Positions 52,985 to 63,154 of a stretch of DNA of 64,000 nucleotides are shown here, in pieces. A program made the translations under genes and the position numbers. The stretch lies in assembly GCA_963664115.2 (NCBI GenBank), contig CAXWPJ010000012.1:1-64000 (forward strand), read 5' to 3'. This DNA comes from Terriglobia bacterium (GTDB taxonomy: Bacteria; Acidobacteriota; Terriglobia; 20CM-2-55-15). The notes beneath the pieces are model-generated. The model was not told where the DNA came from. It saw nothing but the letters and a program-made list of their open reading frames with translations, and ran no database searches. Position 1 is the first letter of the stretch; each line of letters begins with the position of its first letter.

Positions 52985-53130
52985 AACTACGGTATTCTAA
53001 CAGAGACAGGGTTGAAGACAGGTCTCGATGTAAGTCCGGGCATGGCAGGACAGTCCGGCCGAGGGTGGGGCCCACAACCGGGATTGCCACCCTAGCAGGC
53101 TCTTCGCCCCGACCCCGAAACGAATTCATC

Positions 53131-53682
53131 ATGATCGACAGACGGACATTTTTCTCAGGCTTCTGGAAACTCGGGCCTCAGGTTCATCGGACCGTAGCGG
53201 ACCGCAAAACGCGTTACAAAGCTCTCGAAGTACACGTTCAGATCCACTTGCTCCCAAACGACTTCGCCCTGACCGAAGCGGAAGAATCTTATCTGTGGGG
53301 GCGTGTCCGCTCCCTTCTCGAGCGGACCGACGACAAGAATCTCTTTTCTACGGACATCACCAGACAATTAAGCCGCTTGGTCGAGGACATCCTCGAACCA
53401 TTGCGCATGTCCAGTGAGGAAGTCACTCCAAACAGACAGCCTGCCCCACTGCGTCAGGCGGCAATAGAAAAAGTAACTACCTTTCTAAACAATGTGTCTG
53501 AGCCAGAGATCGAAGCGTTAAAAAACAGATTCTCCCTGGCAAGTCGGGCCGATCTGGAAAAACACCTGCGGCAGGAAATCACAACTTGGATAGATGCAAT
53601 GGAAGACAGCGAGGTACTTAAACACGATTCCTTCAGCATCCAGGATCCGGTGTTCGCGCATCTCCGTGCCCTACGTCCGTAG
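53131..53682 (+). CDS. Hypothetical protein
   Basis: Open frame starting MIDRRTFFSG; no family recognised. Confidence 0.55.
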   Translation: MIDRRTFFSGFWKLGPQVHRTVADRKTRYKALEVHVQIHLLPNDFALTEAEESYLWGRVRSLLERTDDKNLFSTDITRQLSRLVEDILEPLRMSSEEVTPNRQPAPLRQAAIEKVTTFLNNVSEPEIEALKNRFSLASRADLEKHLRQEITTWIDAMEDSEVLKHDSFSIQDPVFAHLRALRP

Positions 53683-53744
53683 TGCGCTTGCAGACGGCTC
53701 CCCGGCCCTGCTAGACTTCTTCGCCTATGCCTTCGTTGAGAGAG

Positions 53745-53850
53745 TCAGCGTAGTCCCCGGCCCCTTGGAAAGGTTACCGAGTGTCGCAGGCTTGGGCCCA
53801 ACAACAGGCCTTTCGAAGCGCCGCGGCCTTCTAAAGCGCTGCGGCTTTTG
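53745..53850 (+). ncRNA. Candidate structured small RNA (resembles the Acido-1 motif, from memory) with terminator
   Basis: Hairpins CCTT-GGA-AAGG and AGGCTTG...CAGGCCT; GCCGCGGC/GCTGCGGC-TTTT terminator; TTGCAG-18-TAGACT promoter at 53688-53717. Confidence 0.5.
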
Positions 53851-53910
53851 AATAAGCTGTCAAGCTCACCATCGATGGGACAGGGTACTAAGGAAGGGAA
53901 AGCGAATTCC

Positions 53911-54243
53911 ATGCGTGCGTCAATCCTCAAGAAATACAAGAAGATTCTCGTTGGCAAGAGAGAGGAGATCGCATCCTCGCCAGACCGCTCTACTGTAGCC
54001 GACGAAACCATGCGAACAGGTGACTGGGTCGATCATTCCAGCCAGGAAAACGATCTTCATGTAAATCTGGCACTGAAACAGACCGATACGAAGCTAGTTC
54101 GCGCTATCGAAGACGCGCTCCAGCGGGTGGATCAAGGCACATTCGGCATCTGTATGGATTGTGACGAACCGATTGCTGAAGTCCGCCTGGTCGCCGTCCC
54201 CTGGACCCGGGTGTGCATCGACTGCAAAGAAAAGCAGGACTAG
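53911..54243 (+). CDS. TraR/DksA-family Zn-finger regulator
   Basis: DWVD, GTFGICMDC...RL.AVPWTRVCIDCKE. Confidence 0.88.
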   Translation: MRASILKKYKKILVGKREEIASSPDRSTVADETMRTGDWVDHSSQENDLHVNLALKQTDTKLVRAIEDALQRVDQGTFGICMDCDEPIAEVRLVAVPWTRVCIDCKEKQD

Positions 54244-54404
54244 ACGCAAGACCTCATCCGACTAGACCTTATCCCACCACAGCGCCGGCGATCCGCTGCC
54301 AGTTTTGAGCCCAGATGGCGAGTAAGGGAAGCGACTCTTACAGAAGTTGATCATCGGAAGCCCACTATCTCTAATTTTTGTACCCTTTCCGACGCCGACC
54401 GGCC

Positions 54405-54917
54405 TCAGCTTTTGGAGCTTCAGCCTGGCCGTCTGTCCGGCAGATTGTCACCATCAGAAAACACCGATGGAATCGGGCAACCGAGCGAATCCGCCAACTC
54501 CTTCGCGATCGTATTAAGCGCGGGTTTGCTGAAACCGAAATCGGCCATGCGAACCCTCCGCTCGCTATCTATCAAGTAAAGGGTTGGAACATAGTGTACT
54601 TCGTAAGAAGACGACACCCGATAGGGGTGTTCATCGATGACGACCGGGAATTCGAGTTTATATTCGGCGATAAAGCGAAGAGTTTCCGTGAAGTCGTCCT
54701 GGGAAATTCCCCAAATTCGGGGATTTTTATTCACGGTCAAACCGCTGAAAATATTTTGGATGAACGGAAACGTTAACTGAGAGGTGGGGCAGGAACTCTT
54801 ATAGAAGGCCAGCGCTATGGGGCCGGACTGAATCGCTTCCGAGAGTTTCAGCCGCGCGCCATCGGGCGTCTGCAACTGGAATTCGGGTGCAATGATTCCT
54901 TCTTCGAGGTGATCCAT
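54405..54917 (-). CDS. Redoxin/TlpA-like thioredoxin-fold protein, possibly extended through TGA 54420-54422 (Sec)
   Basis: APEFQL, FYKSSCPTS, GISQD, VPTLYLID; ...RRPG-TGA-SSKS-TGA. Confidence 0.75.
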
Positions 54918-55136
54918 ACTTGTTTTTCTATCCCAAAGCGTTTAAATACTTTGGACTTGTGCCGCAGTCGATATAATAACCCACGCAGATTCGTGGTCTA
55001 AGTCTTGGATCAAAATGTGAACCCGGTGGCCCGCAATTTCACAGCCCGACCTGGAGATTACGTCCGACTGACTCAGCATGTTACCTAGAAGTTTGGCGGC
55101 CTCCGGACGTCGAGCTGGTAAAGGACATAAGGACCC

Positions 55137-56335
55137 ATGGCGAAAATCGATGCTTTCTTTAATTTGATGAACGAAACAGGCGCGTCGGACCTTCATTTAG
55201 TTGCAGGGTCCCAGCCCATTCTCAGAGTCAGTGGAGAGTTAGAGCGTGTCAAGTACGACCCACTGGACGGCGATGAACTGAAGGCGATGCTCTATGAGAT
55301 CGCGCCCGAATTCAAAGTCAAGATCTTTGAGGAGACCGGCGACGTCGACTTCGGATACGAAATCCCGGGAGTCGCCCGCTATAGGGCAAACTTCTTTAAC
55401 CAGGCGCGTCGGACCTTCATTTAGTTGCAGGGTCCCAGCCCAGAACGGTCAAGTACGACCCACTCGCGATGCTGAAGGCGATGCTCTATGAGTCGCGCCC
55501 GAATTCAAAGTCAAGATCTTTTCACGTCGGCAGAGTCGCCCGCTATAGGGCGTCCACGATTTTGTTCAGGCCGTCCTGACCGCAATTGGGGCTCCCGCCT
55601 ATCCTGACGAAGTTCGCCATGCTCCACAAAGGATTGATACTCGTCACCGGCCCTACGGGTAGTGGCAAATCGACCACCCTGGCCGCCATTGTGGACCATG
55701 CGAACAAGAATCGAAAGGATCACATTTTGACCGTTGAGGATCCGATCGAGTTCGTTCACGAGAGCAAGAATTCCATCGTCAATCATCGTGAAGTCGGCCT
55801 GCACACGAAGTCGTTCGCCGCCGCGCTCCGTGGGGCCTTGCGTGAAGACCCCGATATCATTCTCGTCGGCGAGATGCGCGACCTGGAAACAATCTCGTTG
55901 GCAATAGAAGCCGCGGCAACCGGTCACCTCGTGTTTGGAACCCTCCATACGCCAAGCGCCGCCAAAACGGTAGACCGCGTGATCGATGTTTTTCCAGCCG
56001 GCCAGCAGAACCAGATTCGAAACACGCTGTCGGAGGCTCTTAAGGGTGTCGTCGCACAGAACCTGTTCAAGCGCATCGATAAAAAGGGCCGCGTTGCCGC
56101 GCTGGAAATCCTTGTCGTAACCCCTGCGATTTCCAACCTGATCCGTGAGGCAAAGACCTTCCAGATCCCGGGCATGTTGCAGGTGGGTAAGAAATTCGGC
56201 ATGCAGACACTCGACGACGCCATTATGGGCATGTTGAACAAAAAGATCATCAGCCCGGAAGACGCGTACAATAAAGCAAACGATAAGAATAAGTTCCGGC
56301 CGTTACTCAAGAATCCGCCTGAAGAATGGCAGTAG
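55137..56335 (+). pseudogene. pilT: Type IV pilus retraction ATPase PilT, disrupted in this sequence
   Basis: [30 protein letters not shown]; interrupted at ~55400-55570 by a degraded self-copy. Confidence 0.8.
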
Positions 56336-56401
56336 TGATTTTTGACCACGCGTGAAGCGCGATGGGGCTCGAATCTCTCGTGTTTTTGGAGTAGATGGAC
56401 T

Positions 56402-57564
56402 ATGAGAAGAGCCGAAGTTGATTACATTCTCGGTACTATGCTGGACTTCGACTCCGGAGTCTCGGATCTGAACATTACGGCGGACAAGCCGTTCCAGGTC
56501 GAAACGTCCGGTGAACTGGTCAAAGTGGATATTGATCCACCGATTGAAAAACTCACGCCGTTCCAAACCGAGACTCTGGCCCTCAATCTGATCAACAGCA
56601 GCCGCCGACTGACCAGCGACCTTCTAAAAACCGGCTCCTGTGACCAGTCGTATTCTCTGGGCCAGAAGGCCCGCTTCCGCGTCAACATCTTCACCCAACG
56701 CGGCCACTACACGATCATCCTCAGAAGATTATCGACTGAAATACCCTCGTTGTCGCAATTGAACCTTCCTCCGGTGTTTGGAACGATGGCCAAGGAAAAA
56801 ACAGGCCTAGTTCTGGTTACTGGAGCAACTGGTAGCGGTAAATCGACCACGCTGGCTGCGTTGTTGAATGAATTCAATGAGACCAAGTCGATTCATATCG
56901 TCACGCTAGAGGACCCGGTCGAGTTCGTCCACCCCCAGAAGAAAGCGACCTTCAACCAACGTGAAATGGGAGGCGACTACGACACCTTCGCCTCCGGACT
57001 CCGTGCCGCCCTCCGCCAGGCGCCGAAGGTCATTCTCGTCGGCGAGATGCGCGACCGGGAGACCGTCGAGATCGGCCTCTCGGCCGCCGAAACGGGACAC
57101 CTTGTGCTGAGCACATTGCACACAATCAACGCCGGACAAACGATCAACCGTATCGTGGTATGTTTGAGCAGGAAGAGGAAAAGCAGATACGCATCCGGCT
57201 GGCCGAAACGCTGAGATGGATCGTCGCTCAACGGCTTCTGCCTAAAGTAGGGGGAGGCCGCGTGGCCGCGCTTGAGATCATGGGCAGCAACCTGCGCACC
57301 CGGGACTCGATCGAGCATGGAGAGTCTGAAGGCAAAACTTTTTACGAGATTCTCGAAGCTTCAGCCTCTTTCGGTTGGAAGAACTTCGACATGACAATGA
57401 TCGAGTTGTTTGAGGAAGGTGTCGTCACAGAAGAGTCGGCGCTGCTCTATTGTACGAGCAAGGGCGTCACCTCCCGGGGTATCGACAGGGTCAAGAAAGA
57501 ACGGGGCGAGGATACGAGCGGGGTCACTGGCTTGAGTATGGACGTAGAATACGGGAAGAAATGA
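56402..57564 (+). CDS. pilU: PilT/PilU-family ATPase with a 1-nt frameshift near 57158
   Basis: [20 protein letters not shown]; continues as MFEQEEEKQIR in another frame. Confidence 0.72.
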
Positions 57565-57565
57565 T

Positions 57566-58030
57566 ATGAGTAGCGAAGACAACGAAATTGTAGAGATTGG
57601 AGATAAGACCGCCCTGATTTGTGACGACGGACCTTTAGCAAATGACCTCAAGGCCACACTGCAAGAATTGGGGTTCAAGTGTCACACCGCAGAGGCAGCG
57701 GACCGGGCGATCGAGCGCATGAAATATACTGCTTACGATGTCATCGCAGTCGCTGAGAACTTTGCGGGATCAACCCTTGAAACCAACGGGGTCATCCAGT
57801 ACCTGGCTCCCCTACCGATGGCGCAACGCCGGAACTCCTACGTGGTCGCGGTGGGAGATTCCTTCCGAACTCTCGACGCCATGCAGGCCTATGCGAATAG
57901 CATCCACCTTGTCGTCAATCCGACTGATGTCCCCAACCTCGGGGCAATCCTGAAAAAGGGTCTCGCCGACTTCGAACTCTTTTACAGGGTCTACAGGAGT
58001 GTTCTGGTGGAAACGGGAGAAGTCGCGTAA
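57566..58030 (+). CDS. Hypothetical protein (receiver-like fold possible), co-transcribed with pilT/U
   Basis: 154 aa, starts 2 nt after the upstream stop. Confidence 0.7.
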   Translation: MSSEDNEIVEIGDKTALICDDGPLANDLKATLQELGFKCHTAEAADRAIERMKYTAYDVIAVAENFAGSTLETNGVIQYLAPLPMAQRRNSYVVAVGDSFRTLDAMQAYANSIHLVVNPTDVPNLGAILKKGLADFELFYRVYRSVLVETGEVA

Positions 58031-58048
58031 GGACTTGGAAGACCACTG

Positions 58049-58420
58049 CTAGCGGTTTTCGAAAGCAGCGGCGTGTTGGAACTCTCTGCGATATGCGATG
58101 TCGGTAATTAGCGGGATATCGATTTCCACCGCGTAGGTTACCGTAAGCCCGAGAATCGCCTCGTCGTCCTGGACGTCAAACCTGATTGTCTCTGTGGGTA
58201 TTTTGAGCTCACGGGCTTTAGCGCTAACCAACTGCAGCAGGTCATCACTGCTCCGCTCCTGCGAACCCGCCAATTGGACGGCGAACGCGATGTATTCCCC
58301 GAATTCATCATCGCGCATGACAGCACTGATGTAACCCGACGCCAGGTAGGTATAAAAGACCGCGACGAACAACCAGAGGAAGAGAACGATGCGCGCGCGC
58401 CCTGCTTTCTCTTTCTCCAT
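58049..58420 (-). CDS. Hypothetical single-TM protein
   Basis: N-terminal G.ARIVLFLWLF helix. Confidence 0.6.
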   Translation of the reverse strand: MEKEKAGRARIVLFLWLFVAVFYTYLASGYISAVMRDDEFGEYIAFAVQLAGSQERSSDDLLQLVSAKARELKIPTETIRFDVQDDEAILGLTVTYAVEIDIPLITDIAYRREFQHAAAFENR

Positions 58421-58469
58421 TGTTGTGTTCCCCAAAAGCTCCGTGTCGGTGTTTCGCTGGAACGAAGCT

Positions 58470-58772
58470 CTAAGATTCGTCAGACTCTGATTCTAAAGAC
58501 TGACCAAAATCAAGCTGGCCGGAATTTCCATTCAAAGATCGAACGAATTCCAGTACGTCTGTTTTCTGCGGTCCCGAAAGTTCTTTCAGCCCGTCCATGA
58601 TCTCGATGAGCGTCCGGTCCCGGGATGAACCATTGCGGGAAGAACTGCGGGAAGAACTGCGGGAAGAACCGTTGCGACGACCGTTTCCGTTCAGCTTCAT
58701 CAGCCGCTCGAAATGCTCGTCAATTCCGTCCAGAAAGTCATGATCCATGACCACGGTACTCCATTCACTCAT
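58470..58772 (-). CDS. Hypothetical protein with low-complexity Ser/Arg insert
   Basis: 12-bp unit TGCGGGAAGAAC x3 at 58634-58669. Confidence 0.5.
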   Translation of the reverse strand: MSEWSTVVMDHDFLDGIDEHFERLMKLNGNGRRNGSSRSSSRSSSRNGSSRDRTLIEIMDGLKELSGPQKTDVLEFVRSLNGNSGQLDFGQSLESESDES

Positions 58773-58829
58773 TATCGAACAGGGACATCAAACGTTCAAA
58801 AACCCGATCGAAACCCACCCGGGCCACCG

Positions 58830-59015
58830 TCAGGTCTTGAGGCGAACATCGTCTTTGGGACATACCCAGTACATGCCGCCCGGCATGCGTGCCGATTTGA
58901 TCACTTTCGTAGCGATCATTGGCGTTTCACACTGGGGACAGGGCTTAACAAATCCACCCGTCCTGTCCTTGCCGAGGCTGGCGCGAGCCGTCTTACTGAG
59001 TTTTCCACCTGCCAT
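58830..59015 (-). CDS. Small Zn-ribbon-like protein
   Basis: CPQC...WVCPKD, 61 aa. Confidence 0.6.
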   Translation of the reverse strand: MAGGKLSKTARASLGKDRTGGFVKPCPQCETPMIATKVIKSARMPGGMYWVCPKDDVRLKT

Positions 59016-59125
59016 ATTACTTTCAAGCCTCCGATACTCTCAAAGTCGCTAACTACCAATGATAACTGAACTTCGCCGCAACCGCTAATAAATGGGGAGG
59101 TGGGATCGTGCGCCAGGTCGTTCGT

Positions 59126-59713
59126 TCAGAGGTCCTGTTTGAACGAGGGGCGACCCAGATTCTGGAACTCCTCCGGTGTATCGACGTCCACCAATATTCC
59201 GGGATCGTCAACGACCACTTCCAGAACGCGTTCCGGCCTGGCATCGACGATAAGATTCGCTCCCCTCTGGGGCGAAAGCCCGAGTACTTCATCCAGCGGA
59301 ACCCGGCCAAAGAGAGCAGGGTGACCGCGACGTCCATTCCGAACGGGCAGGACAATAGACTCTGCTGATGCCTGGCTTCCCAGCTTTTCAACCGTGTCGC
59401 GCGTGACGAGAGGATGGTCGACGAGAAAAAGCATCGCTGCAATCGCGTCATCGGGAAGCACTCGTATCGCTGCCTGGAAGGACGTCGTCATCCCTTCTTT
59501 GTAGTTTGGGTTGTAAATCCATTCGGGAATCTCGATCCTTTCCAGGATCGCGTCCCTGTCGTGGCCGAGAACCACGATCGGGCTTCGAATCGAAGATTGA
59601 GCGATTGTGCTAAGAATGCGCTTGAGAAAAGTTTGACCCTGGTATTCCAGGAGAGCCTTGGGCTGACCCATCCGTTCTGACTTTCCTGCAGCGAGAATGA
59701 TAGAGCTTATCAA
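59126..59713 (-). CDS. MobA/MocA-like nucleotidyltransferase
   Basis: ILAAGKSERMG.PKALL, LVDHP, GHP, DVDTPE. Confidence 0.88.
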   Translation of the reverse strand: MISSIILAAGKSERMGQPKALLEYQGQTFLKRILSTIAQSSIRSPIVVLGHDRDAILERIEIPEWIYNPNYKEGMTTSFQAAIRVLPDDAIAAMLFLVDHPLVTRDTVEKLGSQASAESIVLPVRNGRRGHPALFGRVPLDEVLGLSPQRGANLIVDARPERVLEVVVDDPGILVDVDTPEEFQNLGRPSFKQDL

Positions 59714-59717
59714 TGGG

Positions 59718-60524
59718 TCAGTGGGTCAGTGCGTAGACGACGAAGTTGATAGCCAGCCGGTAGGCGAAGCCCGAGAAGTAGTTGGGATACTGAGGGTGAT
59801 CGGCATGCTCATAAGCATCGCCTAAATCCGTATTGTGGTTGATCACAACCATGAGCCGGCCCATGTCATCCCAAATTCCCTTGCAATAGGCCTCAAATCC
59901 GTCCTGTTCGACGACGATGCCGTTGAAGATGTAATTCAGGCTCGGTACCTGTACGAGTGCATCAATATCGTAAACGGTGTGGAAAATTGGATGATCGCCC
60001 GGGATGTCCTTGATCTCTGCACCCGGAAGAATCTTCTCAATCTGAGCTTCCATATTGCGCCACTCGAAGCTCCCCCAAAAGTCGTCGAGAACCCAGAAGC
60101 CGCCGCGGTTCAGATACTCCCGCATGATAGCCGCATCGGCGTCGCTCAACACCATCTGGCCCGGCTCGCTCGTGTAGAGGAATGGATACTGAAATAATTC
60201 CGGGTCGTTCAGCGGAACCACACGCTCATGGTCCGCAATGCTCACGTTCGAAAGCCTCTGAAGTCCCATGATCAGTTGGCGATCGGACTTCGGCCAATCC
60301 GTGTACCAGTTCTTGATGTAATGGGGGATCATGCCGTTGTAGACGAGTCGAGCAAATACAAACTGGTTCGTCCGCCCTGAATCCTGGACGATGCGCTTGA
60401 CGTCTTTGTAGTTTCCCTCGTAGTAAAGCTGGGGCTGGTCGGGAAAGGAATCGTATTGGCCCAGCAATCCCGAGGCAAACAACAGGCCGACGACGATAGA
60501 CAAGACGACTCGTGGGCGGGTCAT
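59718..60524 (-). CDS. DUF4159-domain protein
   Basis: WYTDWP.SD, YPFLY.SEPG, GGFWVLDDFWG, NTDLGD, terminal YALTH. Confidence 0.8.
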   Translation of the reverse strand: MTRPRVVLSIVVGLLFASGLLGQYDSFPDQPQLYYEGNYKDVKRIVQDSGRTNQFVFARLVYNGMIPHYIKNWYTDWPKSDRQLIMGLQRLSNVSIADHERVVPLNDPELFQYPFLYTSEPGQMVLSDADAAIMREYLNRGGFWVLDDFWGSFEWRNMEAQIEKILPGAEIKDIPGDHPIFHTVYDIDALVQVPSLNYIFNGIVVEQDGFEAYCKGIWDDMGRLMVVINHNTDLGDAYEHADHPQYPNYFSGFAYRLAINFVVYALTH

Positions 60525-60814
60525 CCGCCCTCCTGCACTTGCACCTGAGGACCCAGATACAGGGTCCTCAAAGTGTAGTAAACGGGAATCAAGAACATCA
60601 CCAGCAGTATCAGAGCGACCACACGCAATACCACCTTCTTGAACGGATGCTCCCCGACTGCGTCATCGATTGGATGAACATCGGCGTGGTCTTCGCAAAA
60701 GTCGTCTCCAGGAAAAGCTTCCCTGTCGCACTGCTGACCGGACATGTAGAGATGTAGGCAACGTTCCATGAGGTCGATACGGTTATCATAAATAGAACCG
60801 ACAGACATCTTCAA
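60521..60814 (-). CDS. Small membrane protein with C-x9-C-x10-C-x2-H pattern
   Basis: Overlaps the next gene (ATGA); C-terminal TM helix. Confidence 0.55.
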   Translation of the reverse strand: MKMSVGSIYDNRIDLMERCLHLYMSGQQCDREAFPGDDFCEDHADVHPIDDAVGEHPFKKVVLRVVALILLVMFLIPVYYTLRTLYLGPQVQVQEGG

Positions 60815-60816
60815 CG

Positions 60817-61302
60817 ATGAAACGACTTATTCGACCCGCGCTACCCGACGATTTCGCAACTCTTGTAGCCATTGATCAGAACTGTTTCGAAGAAGACGTC
60901 GCCTACGATGCATACGAATTAAGATATTTCATGTCACAAAGCAGTGCGACGACTCTTGTCGCTGAAGTGGATGGAGCCATAGCCGGGTTTCTATTGTTTG
61001 AAATCAGAGGGGCTCAATCCGGGGCCACCCTGGCCACTCTGGTCACTCTGGACGTTACAGACATCTACAGGAACGCGGGAATCGGCTCCGCGCTTCTAGC
61101 CCACTCTGAAGAACTACTGGCAAACCACCACACTACCTGTTACCGATTACAGGTTGACACGACCAACAGCGTAGCCCTTGAGTTCTACAGCCGACGCGGC
61201 TTCCAAGTCGTTCGTACGCTCCGGCATTATTACCCTAACGGCGCGGACGCTTATCTTATGGAAAAACGGCTTGGTGCATTGACCTGCGTGCGTGAGGGTT
61301 GA
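60817..61302 (+). CDS. RimI-like GNAT acetyltransferase
   Basis: LDV...YRNAGIGSALL, N..ALEFY.RRGF, HYYPNGADAYLM. Confidence 0.82.
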   Translation: MKRLIRPALPDDFATLVAIDQNCFEEDVAYDAYELRYFMSQSSATTLVAEVDGAIAGFLLFEIRGAQSGATLATLVTLDVTDIYRNAGIGSALLAHSEELLANHHTTCYRLQVDTTNSVALEFYSRRGFQVVRTLRHYYPNGADAYLMEKRLGALTCVREG

Positions 61303-61365
61303 CGCCCTGAGCGTTCCGATTCCCCGCCAAAGCCGCACCCGCCACGGGAGATTCTGCGCCGACAA

Positions 61366-62229
61366 CTATTGATCTGGACTCGCCCCCGATCCAAAGAGCG
61401 CGGGATCGCGAACCGTCAGATTGAAACTATCCACCTCGTTCATCGGCGCACAGATCGCTTCGGTAATGCCGGAGAACAAGCCTTTCCATCCGGAATAGTT
61501 ATAGGATTCGGGTGGCTCACGCGTGAAGGTCTTCGGCCGGATCTCGGTCCAGGGAGCGGTATAAAACGTTGGGTCATCAATAGTCAATCGAACTTCTATG
61601 GTATCTGCATCAATCCGTTTGATGCGCTCTTCCACCCGCGCGTGGAGACTGAGAGGATAGGCTCTGCTCTGATCGGCCCAGGCTCTTTCATCCAGCCCCA
61701 CCGTATTGACAACGAGTGTGTCTCCCTCCCATTCACCAACGGAGTGCCCATACCACGCCGGCCCGAGGTCATCGAGGTTCTCACCCGTGGGCAGGTCCCG
61801 GCCGTCAAGCCAGACTTCACGGAGCGTTCGCTCCCACTGGAACAGTTGCAATATCCTGTCTCCGACTTGCAGAAATTCTACCGGTTCGTTTTCATCGTAA
61901 ACGAGACGTGGGAAACCCTGGGGGTTACAGGCATAGATCGGGTCGTTGGAAAGCGCCGGAGAACCCGCTTCACGGTCGGTGAGTCGCGCACCATGCAGCA
62001 GGGCCCCTTCCGGCGTCATCGGAGGTGCGGGTTCGACCCCACGCCCTTGGGTCAGGCGCCAGATTCCGGACAAATCGCGTGGGTCGAAATCCTGCCTCGC
62101 CGAGCCTGCCTCACCTGCAGGTCCGCGCTCTGGAAGCGGAACTGCCGCGGTTCCACTCACGGATGTCATGAAGGCGATGAAGAGCATGGACGCCAGGAGA
62201 GGCGCAAAAGGGACGAAGCGAACTCTCAT
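61366..62229 (-). CDS. Secreted hypothetical protein
   Basis: DLSGIW, CNPQGFPR, WYGHSVGEWEGDTLVVNT, IDDP. Confidence 0.75.
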   Translation of the reverse strand: MRVRFVPFAPLLASMLFIAFMTSVSGTAAVPLPERGPAGEAGSARQDFDPRDLSGIWRLTQGRGVEPAPPMTPEGALLHGARLTDREAGSPALSNDPIYACNPQGFPRLVYDENEPVEFLQVGDRILQLFQWERTLREVWLDGRDLPTGENLDDLGPAWYGHSVGEWEGDTLVVNTVGLDERAWADQSRAYPLSLHARVEERIKRIDADTIEVRLTIDDPTFYTAPWTEIRPKTFTREPPESYNYSGWKGLFSGITEAICAPMNEVDSFNLTVRDPALFGSGASPDQ

Positions 62230-62299
62230 TTGATTGATCCTCCCGCCGATCAAAGGTTTACGTCACAAGGTTTCCAATCATGCTGAACGCTGACAACCA

Positions 62300-62794
62300 T
62301 CAATTCTTAACTTCCCTTGCAAACAACGGTCTGAGTTTCTGGTAGGACACCGCGAGATCTTCGGGCAACACGCGCGTTTCTCCTGTTGCGGTCATGAAAT
62401 TCACATCAGCACACCAACGTGGAACGACGTGGAGGTGCAAGTGGTCGCGAACGCCGGCGCCGGCGCATTCTCCAATATTCATCCCGATATTGAAACCCTC
62501 CGGACGGTACACCTCTTCCAGGATACGGACCGCGTCACCCGACAAAGCCATCATCTCGTTCATCTGCTCCGAATCGGTCTCGGAAAGCCTGGCGCAGTGA
62601 GCGTAGGGCACCACCATAAGGTGACCTGTGCTATAGGGGTACAGGTTCATGATGACGAAATTGAATCGGGCGCGGAAGAGCACCAGCCGTTCTGTGTCGT
62701 CGTCGGGCAACTCGCCGATACAGAATACACAGCTCTTGGAGGCGGTGGTGGAAGACACATAGGCGTACCGCCACGGACTCCAGAGTAAATCCAT
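62300..62794 (-). CDS. HIT-family hydrolase
   Basis: CVFC, NLYPY..GH, HLHLHVVPR. Confidence 0.9.
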   Translation of the reverse strand: MDLLWSPWRYAYVSSTTASKSCVFCIGELPDDDTERLVLFRARFNFVIMNLYPYSTGHLMVVPYAHCARLSETDSEQMNEMMALSGDAVRILEEVYRPEGFNIGMNIGECAGAGVRDHLHLHVVPRWCADVNFMTATGETRVLPEDLAVSYQKLRPLFAREVKN

Positions 62795-62808
62795 TTCCAG
62801 CGCTGCCG

Positions 62809-63129
62809 CTAAAAGCTGGGTGGGGCGGCGGGAGGCTCAACGACCGGATCGGTCTTCGGGTTGATCAGATCCTTGAGCTCTTTGCTGGGCTTGAAGTAAG
62901 GTACGCGCTTAGCCGGCACCTCGACTTTCTCGCCGGTCTTAGGGTTCCGCCCAACACGGGCGTTTCGCTCACGAACCCTAAAGCTTCCGAAACCCCGTAC
63001 TTCAAGTTTGTCGCCGGCTCTGAGAGCCTTGATCACGCTCTCGAATAGGGTATCCACGATGACTTCCGAGTCCTTGCGTGTCAGGTCGGTTACCCGAGCC
63101 ACTTCTTCAACCAGGTCTGCCTTGGTCAT
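62809..63129 (-). CDS. ihfB: HU/IHF-family DNA-binding protein (IHF beta-like)
   Basis: MTKADL, EVRGFGSF, GRNPKTG, FKPSKEL. Confidence 0.85.
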   Translation of the reverse strand: MTKADLVEEVARVTDLTRKDSEVIVDTLFESVIKALRAGDKLEVRGFGSFRVRERNARVGRNPKTGEKVEVPAKRVPYFKPSKELKDLINPKTDPVVEPPAAPPSF

Positions 63130-63154
63130 TACCCTTTAACTCCTTACCGTTATT

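Noticed and set aside
57150-57165. Programmed frameshift in pilU
   Set aside because: No slippery sequence; one extra G in GTGGTATG restores IVGMF, which is typical of a homopolymer error or simple mutation
58634-58669. 12-bp tandem repeat as a phase-variation switch
   Set aside because: Unit length is a multiple of three, so copy-number change would not shift the frame
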